32,000 bases of DNA, from assembly GCF_000022265.1 (NCBI RefSeq), contig NC_011979.1, positions 3,480,001 through 3,512,000 of the forward strand, read 5' to 3'. The position numbers and the translations under genes were made by a program. The notes beneath the pieces were generated by a model. That model was not told the DNA's origin, searched no databases, and saw only the letters and a list, made by a program, of their open reading frames with translations. The DNA is from Geotalea daltonii FRC-32. GTDB lineage: Bacteria > Desulfobacterota > Desulfuromonadia > Geobacterales > Geobacteraceae. The stretch's first letter is position 1. Every line of letters begins with the position of its first letter. Of this stretch, positions 24,208 to 30,894 are shown piece by piece.

Positions 24208-25437
24208 TGAAAGAAAGCCCAATAACTCCTCACCCTCAACATCCCCTTTCAGCACATGATCGCGGATGGTCAGGGCAACACTCACCAGTTCATCCTCTTT
24301 GCCTTTCCACTCACTATTCATGCCGATCAGTTCCCGCAGCACATCCCGCTCGATGTCGGCCAAGCTTCGGTGTTCCTTCTCTCCTATTCCACTCCCCGTT
24401 ATAAGAGAAAGATGGTTCTTGATCTCACAATGCAGCGGGTCCGCAACCTCATCCAGCAGCCGCCGCACCCGTTCCCGCCCCAGCTCGAACGGATGAAACT
24501 GCACCCTGCCGGTTACCTTCAGCTGAATCAGCGGCTTCTCGCCAGCATTCTGCAGTTTGTCGGCAAGCTCTGTCTTAAGCGTCTCCATGGCATGCTCGGC
24601 AGTATCAGCCCCATCAACGCTGACCGTTACTGACTGCATGGGCCGAGGTGCCGTAGTGCGGAATTCGGGTGTGTATTTACCATCCTCAACTTTCACGGCC
24701 CAGTACCCTTTGTCATATCCTTCTTCGCCAAAGTTGACCCTCTCGGGAGAGCCGGGATTGAAGGCATAGGGACGGCCGTCTGGGGTGGATACGGTGTAGG
24801 CTTTATGGCCGTGGCCGAGCGCCACGTAATCGAAGCATTCCGCAAGGGGCAAGGCTTCTTCAGGCTTGATATTACCTATTTCCACCGGCGAGTATGTCCA
24901 GATACCGACATGGAAGAGGAGGATATTGTTATTCGTCGTCACCGCCTCGCAAATACGCGGCACATGGGCACCCGCCTGAGCGCCGATATAGCCGAGGCCA
25001 TAGATGTTGATGCCATCGATCTCGATCCGTCCGCCGCTGCCGGTCTCTTCATCAAAGGGATCAAATCGATACCCGCCGTTCTCGGTGCGTGTAGGGCGAA
25101 GGAGTTTGATGTACCCCATCTGTGAAAGGGCTTCCATCCATGAGATGCTGTCGCGGCGGTGGATCCAGTCGTGGTTACCTTCTACGGCAATACAGGGGAT
25201 GCCAGCATCTTTCAGAGGCTGGAGGATCTCAATTGTTTTGGCGAAGGTTTTGGGGAGGATCTGGCCGGTGTGGAAGAGGTCGCCGGAGATGAGGACAAAT
25301 CGAGCTTGTGAGGAAATCGCATCAATAGCAATGCTGGTGAGCGTGTGGAAGAAGTCTTCATATCGTAGGTTGGTGCCTGCAGAGGTGCGGTATGTTTTGC
25401 CGAGGTGGATGTCGGCGGTGTGATGAAATTTGGTCAT
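24133..25437 (-). CDS. sbcD: SbcD/Mre11-family nuclease (archaeal/Mre11-like flavour)
   Basis: Calcineurin-like phosphoesterase motifs FHHTADIHLG, ISGDLFH, VEGNHD, LLFHVGI and ALGHGHK. AAGGAAG SD upstream. The last ~25 codons are encoded by repeat unit B. Confidence 0.9.
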   Translation of the reverse strand: MTKFHHTADIHLGKTYRTSAGTNLRYEDFFHTLTSIAIDAISSQARFVLISGDLFHTGQILPKTFAKTIEILQPLKDAGIPCIAVEGNHDWIHRRDSISWMEALSQMGYIKLLRPTRTENGGYRFDPFDEETGSGGRIEIDGINIYGLGYIGAQAGAHVPRICEAVTTNNNILLFHVGIWTYSPVEIGNIKPEEALPLAECFDYVALGHGHKAYTVSTPDGRPYAFNPGSPERVNFGEEGYDKGYWAVKVEDGKYTPEFRTTAPRPMQSVTVSVDGADTAEHAMETLKTELADKLQNAGEKPLIQLKVTGRVQFHPFELGRERVRRLLDEVADPLHCEIKNHLSLITGSGIGEKEHRSLADIERDVLRELIGMNSEWKGKEDELVSVALTIRDHVLKGDVEGEELLGFLSNYHEDTKDTKKPTEENNPFKAVIN

Positions 25438-25548
25438 AGTACTTCCTTTAGCATATTTGCGCTCGCAGATGGAAATAAGATGACGCTAGATGGTTTGTTG
25501 GCAATTGACAAGGACTTGAATTTCTCTGAATTTTGTGGGGACATTGCG

Positions 25549-27708
25549 TCAATTCTCAGTATGATCAGTACGAAATACCTCAATAAATTTATCTCTATCA
25601 TTAAGGCGAATAAGAATTGGATTTTCACAGCTAGATGCCTTACCAAACAATACAGCATGACGCTCAGGCAACGATGATAGCGATCTAGCGTAATCTTTTC
25701 CGACGTAATTCGCCAAGAATTCCTTACCAGTTTCATCAAAGGTTCTCATCGCAAAGACTGTATTGCATTGGTTTAGCACTGTTTTGCTGACGTTAGCTGT
25801 TCTCTGTGTAATGACAAGGCATCCAAGACCATATTTACGTCCTTGCAAGATGGCGCGGGCACTGCCATTGGCAGCAGTTCTATCCCCTTCTGCTACCGCA
25901 GAACTCCATTCAGGGACTAAGGAATGAGCCTCTTCATACACTAAACACACTCTAGCCCGGTCTGTCATGCCCAATGCTGAGACCGCAGCAAGTGTTGAAT
26001 CAGAAATGATATGTGTTATTTCAGCTGGACTTAAAGAAGCCATTGATGCTGTGTTGTTGAAAGGGCGGCTATCTTGTCGCCAAACCTCAAACTGTGAAGG
26101 ATTATAGATTTTCAAGCGGCACGGAGTATCTGGATTTAAAAATGTAGCAATATCCGTAGCAAGTTCCGCTGAAAAAGCTTGTCGGCTGCCTCCTTGCTCT
26201 ACATTTTGATGAACTCTTGTTCTGCCGTTCTGGCCGATCTGTTGCAGGTTCTCAATGTTTGCTCGTTCGGTCGCGGCGTCAAAATATGGTGCAAGCTCAG
26301 TGGCATACTGATTTGTTAGGTCAATACATATAACCTTCACCCCCTCGGTCAACATTCGCTCAACAAGCTCAATAGCAAGCATGCTCTTCCCAACACCGAG
26401 AATACCAAGAATAGCAGTGTTATGAGTTACTAAGTCGCTTATACTTCTAATAGCAACTGGGTAATCGGTACCAGGGAAATGACCTACAGCAGTAGTGCAT
26501 GGTTGAAATTCATTACTATGTTTGAGAAACACTGGGGAATTTGGTTTAGGCAGCCACTTTGCCGGGTTAAAACACCTCCTTTCACTATCCCAGTGCCCAA
26601 TTTTCTGCGCTTGGGCACGCACAATTCCGTGCGTATTTTTCTGCTGCACAATTTCTTCTTTTGTCAGTCCATTAACCAATTGGTAAGTGACAGTCAGGTC
26701 CGCAATCTTTACCTCAACAAGCCGCCCTTCTTCAAGCCCTTTATCTTTCACAACCTCAAAAAATAGGGTTTCTACAGATGTATCTGTTGCAACAAGCCCG
26801 ACTATAGCCTCTTTTGTCACTAAAAGTTCAGCTTCTGTAGTAGCTAAATCAGATGACTCAACGCGCACTATAGCATTGTCTTCTAAACCACTGATTCGCT
26901 CCCCTAGGCATGACGGTAGCTCAAGGCCAGCGATCTCAATTGTTCTTAAAAGGATACCTTCGTCACGACCAACATGATCTAGAGCAAGAGCTATCCGTGA
27001 CTTGCCGAGGGGATCATGCACCACCATGAGGTCTCCAATCGAAAGCCTCGTGGTCGGTGATTGCCGCACTAGAATCAGCCCAGGCGTCTGATAAGCAACT
27101 ACTTCTCCATCGAAATCCAGGATAGTGTTCGGCATGAATATGCGCCTTATTCTCCGCCCAATTCTTACAGAGGCCTCAATAGGCGATATCAATGCAGTTA
27201 AAATCCAAGCAGAGGAAATTGCAGCGAACTCTTTGGGTGTTTCAAAGTGGAAAGCATAAAGGGCAAAGGCAACCACTACAGTGTAGATAGTGCGCGGGGC
27301 TCCGAGGGTTTCAGCTAACACTCTTGCTGCGTTAGAAAGTCGCGGCATTGTAGTATCTTTAGCCAGAATCGCAACCACACCGAGCACACCTGCCATTACA
27401 CAGAATGCCAGAGCAACAACAAAGGCAACTTTAATGTCTGAATTCCATTTGCTCCAAGCGCTACCTAACGTTAGAGCAATTGCCGCTGGAGCTGCATAAA
27501 GAACGACATCAGCAGGCTTTGCGTAAAAGGGCGTATCTAGGCGGCTTCCAAGAATTAGCCCAAGTAAGGCCGTATAAAACCAAAATCCTTTCTCTCCATC
27601 AGGAGGAAAGACCCTTCCAAATGCAATTTGGCTCGCTAAGCATAGAATGCAAAATTCAATCAAGAGTAAACATAATCTTGTCTTCTGTGAAAGCGCTGGC
27701 TGTCTCAT
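25549..27708 (-). CDS. HerA/FtsK-superfamily ATPase (DUF87-type) with N-terminal polytopic membrane domain
   Basis: GGAG SD upstream. The first ~190 aa contain 5-6 hydrophobic helices (LCLLLIEFCILCLASQIAF, FWFYTALLGLILG, VVLYAAPAAIALTLG, VAFVVALAFCVMAGVLGVVAILA, IYTVVVAFALYAF, AAISSAWILTALI). Then come barrel-like segments, Walker A GILGVGKS, Walker B VCLVYEEAH, and GLGCLVITQR..N.. typical of HerA. Confidence 0.8.
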   Translation of the reverse strand: MRQPALSQKTRLCLLLIEFCILCLASQIAFGRVFPPDGEKGFWFYTALLGLILGSRLDTPFYAKPADVVLYAAPAAIALTLGSAWSKWNSDIKVAFVVALAFCVMAGVLGVVAILAKDTTMPRLSNAARVLAETLGAPRTIYTVVVAFALYAFHFETPKEFAAISSAWILTALISPIEASVRIGRRIRRIFMPNTILDFDGEVVAYQTPGLILVRQSPTTRLSIGDLMVVHDPLGKSRIALALDHVGRDEGILLRTIEIAGLELPSCLGERISGLEDNAIVRVESSDLATTEAELLVTKEAIVGLVATDTSVETLFFEVVKDKGLEEGRLVEVKIADLTVTYQLVNGLTKEEIVQQKNTHGIVRAQAQKIGHWDSERRCFNPAKWLPKPNSPVFLKHSNEFQPCTTAVGHFPGTDYPVAIRSISDLVTHNTAILGILGVGKSMLAIELVERMLTEGVKVICIDLTNQYATELAPYFDAATERANIENLQQIGQNGRTRVHQNVEQGGSRQAFSAELATDIATFLNPDTPCRLKIYNPSQFEVWRQDSRPFNNTASMASLSPAEITHIISDSTLAAVSALGMTDRARVCLVYEEAHSLVPEWSSAVAEGDRTAANGSARAILQGRKYGLGCLVITQRTANVSKTVLNQCNTVFAMRTFDETGKEFLANYVGKDYARSLSSLPERHAVLFGKASSCENPILIRLNDRDKFIEVFRTDHTEN

Positions 27709-27753
27709 AAAAGCTCCGGTGTGTCAGATTACGTATAATGCCAAGCTCATTGC

Positions 27754-28395
27754 TTAAAGGGCTTGCCATAAGTTAGATATATCGGCACAATGTTGAGTAA
27801 GTTCTTCTATTATCTCATCAGTCAACGGAACACCAGGGCTGATATTGCCTCGAACCACATCAACAAAAACTACTGATTGTCCTGCTATTTCACCCCCATT
27901 AACAGATACTCCATAAGCCATACAATTTAATATTGCTCTTACGAATTCGTACTTTGGCTTTTTCGCACCAAAATAAAGCTTCATATACCTGTCTTGTCCT
28001 TTATGAGTCGTGTGAATGTCTGGCGTTACATTTATTTTTACTTCATTCAACAAAAACGGGAATTTTTGGTCCTTTAAAATATTAAAGTGCTGGGCCCCAA
28101 AATACTGAACATAGTTCCTGATTGCTTTTGAATTCAAGACCAGTTTGTTCCGTAAGGACTTGCTTGGTGTCAAAGCCTTTTTTTCAAGTTCCACTGCTTG
28201 GTCTAGAGCCCAATCAATGCCTCTTTTATCCCTGTTAAACTCAATAATGGTTGCTTTTGCAGGGTGATAGTACCTGGACATTGCAAGCCCTTCTTCATTC
28301 GGATACTTATATTGCCTTAATACCCTCAATTTCGTTGCCTCAGTCCCTGATACAAAGTCAGCGAAGCTCTTCATAGCAATTGGTTTCGTAATCAT
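27754..28395 (-). CDS. Hypothetical protein, 213 aa, no recognisable motif
   Basis: Strong SD (AAGGAGG, 5-nt spacer). Co-directional, with gaps of 39 and 45 nt to its neighbours. It is the most AT-rich gene of the window: a spot count of one 60-nt line gave about 38% GC. Confidence 0.7.
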   Translation of the reverse strand: MITKPIAMKSFADFVSGTEATKLRVLRQYKYPNEEGLAMSRYYHPAKATIIEFNRDKRGIDWALDQAVELEKKALTPSKSLRNKLVLNSKAIRNYVQYFGAQHFNILKDQKFPFLLNEVKINVTPDIHTTHKGQDRYMKLYFGAKKPKYEFVRAILNCMAYGVSVNGGEIAGQSVVFVDVVRGNISPGVPLTDEIIEELTQHCADISNLWQAL

Positions 28396-28434
28396 AGTAT
28401 CCTCCTTGTCTAAAATCAGCGCGCAAGGCTTTGA

Positions 28435-29622
28435 TTAGACAACTGCAAACTGCCCCTCAGCCTCCTGCCCCTTCCGCTTAAAATTGCCATCATCCTGACA
28501 AAACGCCAAAGCATCAAAGATAATCCCCGACAGTTTCATCAGGTTCTCAGGCCGGTTCAGAACAACGCTGCTACTCGCCCCAATCCCCAGCCCAGCACGC
28601 TCTATCAAAGTCTTATGCTGGTCCGTAAGGGGAATGATAAAGGTCACCAAAGGCCTCTGCCGATCACCGGTGTAGCGAACGATCCAGCGATTGGTCTTCC
28701 CTTGATACAGAACCGCGTAGTAGCTCTCCGTGTCCTTCCCGACGATCTCATCCGAGAGCACCTGCCCCTCAAGGATCATCTGCACTATGGAAAGAACCTT
28801 TCTTTCTGCAGCAGTGGTAACAATTTTGGGATTTGCAGGATCAATCATGTCCGCATCAGGGTCAACAGGCGGAGCAGTCGCTAGTTCTACGGTTGTAGAG
28901 GCAGGTGGCGGTGGTGAAGAAAGACCGGTCACTACCATTTTGCTGATGGCATCGGCAACAGACTGTTTTACCAAGGGAGTCACTGTTTCTATAAACCTGC
29001 CGCTTGGTTTAGGTCCTATATTCGCGCGAATTGCAACAAGTCTCACAAAATCAGCATCGGGCTCCCTCAGGAGCGATTCGATCACTTCCCTGAACTTGTC
29101 GATGTACACTTGGTCCTTTGCGAAAGAACGTAGACTGTCCGGGTGAAACCTATCATGCCTGAAATGGGCGAGTTGATCCGCATCTGCTTCGGAAATGTTC
29201 GAAAGATCGAAAGTCAGGAAGGGGACATCGTCCATAATATTCGGATTCTTGAGGTCTGTATAAAAGCGCCATTCACGGCCATTAGTGAGCGCTGAAATCG
29301 TGACACCAGGGGTAGCATTGAAGTAGCGGGCGATCTGGCCTGTATGGTTGGTGAGCTTTTCGGTGAAAGACTTTGCCTCTATAAACATCACCGGGTTATT
29401 GTCGGAAAACAAGGCGTAATCAACACGCTCGTTGTTCTTAATTCCCGGCAGGTCCGCACAATATTCAGCTTTTACTTTGAACGGATCGAATGGGTTGAAA
29501 TCGAGGAGGTTGAGAAAGGGAAGGATCAGGGCTTGTTTGGTTGTTTCTTCACTCTGGCAATGGGAACCTACGTTCTTAACGTGCTCTGCATGACGCATCA
29601 ATCTTTCTTTGAAATCCGGCAT
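28435..29622 (-). CDS. PD-(D/E)xK nuclease-like protein of the type I restriction HsdR N-terminal domain class, with uncharacterised C-terminal half
   Basis: EETTKQALILPFLNLL ... RVDYALF ... VMFIEAKS is the HSDR_N-type E/D/ExK arrangement, followed by LTNGREWRFY. GGAGG lies 8 nt before the second ATG (29622); the track ORF starts at 29628. Confidence 0.7.
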   Translation of the reverse strand: MPDFKERLMRHAEHVKNVGSHCQSEETTKQALILPFLNLLDFNPFDPFKVKAEYCADLPGIKNNERVDYALFSDNNPVMFIEAKSFTEKLTNHTGQIARYFNATPGVTISALTNGREWRFYTDLKNPNIMDDVPFLTFDLSNISEADADQLAHFRHDRFHPDSLRSFAKDQVYIDKFREVIESLLREPDADFVRLVAIRANIGPKPSGRFIETVTPLVKQSVADAISKMVVTGLSSPPPPASTTVELATAPPVDPDADMIDPANPKIVTTAAERKVLSIVQMILEGQVLSDEIVGKDTESYYAVLYQGKTNRWIVRYTGDRQRPLVTFIIPLTDQHKTLIERAGLGIGASSSVVLNRPENLMKLSGIIFDALAFCQDDGNFKRKGQEAEGQFAVV

Positions 29623-29694
29623 AATCATACCCTCCTACCTTTCTTTGGAATATGTAATTTCTAACCGATATTTCTAATCCAGCTGCCCCCAAAG

Positions 29695-29730
29695 TGTAAA
29701 AAAATTTTACAGGTGTAAAAAATTTTACAC
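29695..29730. promoter_or_regulatory. Two tandem AT-rich palindromic operators upstream of the three-gene operon
   Basis: TGTAAAA-AAA-TTTTACA (29695-29711) and GTGTAAAA-AA-TTTTACAC (29713-29730). The centres are ~19 bp apart. They sit 70-110 nt upstream of the start codon and just downstream of a TATAAA on the minus strand. Confidence 0.55.
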
Positions 29731-29850
29731 TTTTATATGCCTGTATTTGTGAAGGTTTATGCAATATAGTCCTCCGGCAGACAACACTCAAGGCAAATAA
29801 AAATAAATTTGTTTAATGTGTTTACAAGCCCATTCTCAATAAAATCACGC

Positions 29851-29884
29851 AAAAAAGGCCCCGATAGCTGCCGTTATCGAGGCC
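29851..29884 (-). terminator. Rho-independent terminator ending the DUF2235 operon
   Basis: The minus strand reads GGCCTCGATA-ACGGCAG-CTATCGGGGCC followed by TTTTTTGCG, about 35 nt after the stop at 29919. Confidence 0.75.
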
Positions 29885-29918
29885 TTAGGGTTAACCCGAT
29901 CTTATGATCCGGAAGCTG

Positions 29919-30287
29919 TTAGCGGTCTTTGTTTCCCTGCCTTTTGCGGGGCAGGGCTCGGTGAAGAAACTTGCTGAGAGCCAGGATTAGGCCGTTAGTG
30001 GCGAGAATGGCGACAAAGAGGGCGACAACGACGATCCAGAAGGTAAAAGCAAGAATGTAGGTAGTACGGAAACCTGCGACCCTGCCGAATACCGTTGCCA
30101 GGCCGCACAAAAACAGGCCGAACCACAAAAGGACAAAGGCTACAAGCTTGAAATAGTCCAGGCTTCCGCTGCTCTGTCCATAGATTGTACTGCCGCAATG
30201 GGGGCAGATGGCGCTTCGACCGGCGCCAAGGAAGAGCATGGCCATAATGCGCGGAGGCAATATACTGTTGCAACGGGGACAGTTCAT
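29919..30287 (-). CDS. Zinc-ribbon membrane protein (122 aa)
   Basis: CPRC...CPHC pairs at the N-terminus, three hydrophobic helices and a basic tail. No clear SD upstream. Confidence 0.55.
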   Translation of the reverse strand: MNCPRCNSILPPRIMAMLFLGAGRSAICPHCGSTIYGQSSGSLDYFKLVAFVLLWFGLFLCGLATVFGRVAGFRTTYILAFTFWIVVVALFVAILATNGLILALSKFLHRALPRKRQGNKDR

Positions 30288-30313
30288 TTTCAGTCGTGGG
30301 AGGATTTATCGTT

Positions 30314-30886
30314 TTACACAGATCTGATCGTCCTGATTATCATCCACGCCACAAGCACCAGAAGAAGCACGATCACCACCCAGATGGCATAGAGCTTGAT
30401 GATCGTCGCTGCACTGGCTATGCGGATGTAGCATTGTTGCAGGCCTGAGGCGCCTTCATCGATGAAGTGTTGCAGCTGCATGAGTTGCAGGGAATTTTCG
30501 GCCCAGTCGGCAAGGACTGCAATGCCTACCGGTGCCGCCAGCCAGGAGAAATGGAAAGGACTGCCGAGAGCTGCCCAGGCCAGCAGCAAGCTGGCAAAAA
30601 AGGCGGCTCCGTAGAAAAGGGGAAATACCAGGTCCAGCCTGAGGGAGCACTTTTCCACCTGGAGTGCCGTTTGATCGAGGGTGCCCCAATGACGGCCCAC
30701 GGCAGCGGCGTCATAGCCGCAATAGCGCTGATTGAGCGGCTTTTGGTCCTGAGGGTCCCTGAGTTGCTGCTGCAGCCGCTGTTCCACATACTGTCGGTTG
30801 CTCAACTTGCCCATGAACCACGAACCGGCATAAAAAGTCAACACCGGCAACAGGATGATGATCACGATCTTCGGCAGATTGGACAT
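30314..30886 (-). CDS. Integral membrane protein (190 aa), unknown function
   Basis: The GAGGTG SD overlaps the stop of the upstream gene. There is an N-terminal TM plus 3-4 further helices. Confidence 0.65.
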   Translation of the reverse strand: MSNLPKIVIIILLPVLTFYAGSWFMGKLSNRQYVEQRLQQQLRDPQDQKPLNQRYCGYDAAAVGRHWGTLDQTALQVEKCSLRLDLVFPLFYGAAFFASLLLAWAALGSPFHFSWLAAPVGIAVLADWAENSLQLMQLQHFIDEGASGLQQCYIRIASAATIIKLYAIWVVIVLLLVLVAWMIIRTIRSV

Positions 30887-30894
30887 AGATCACC

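Noticed and set aside
25438-29900. Whether the AT-rich three-gene block is a bounded mobile element (integrase, tRNA target, flanking direct repeats).
   Set aside because: There is no integrase/transposase gene and no tRNA. I could find no direct or inverted repeats shared between 25438-25548 and 29630-29900. I therefore call it a compositional islet, not a mobile element.
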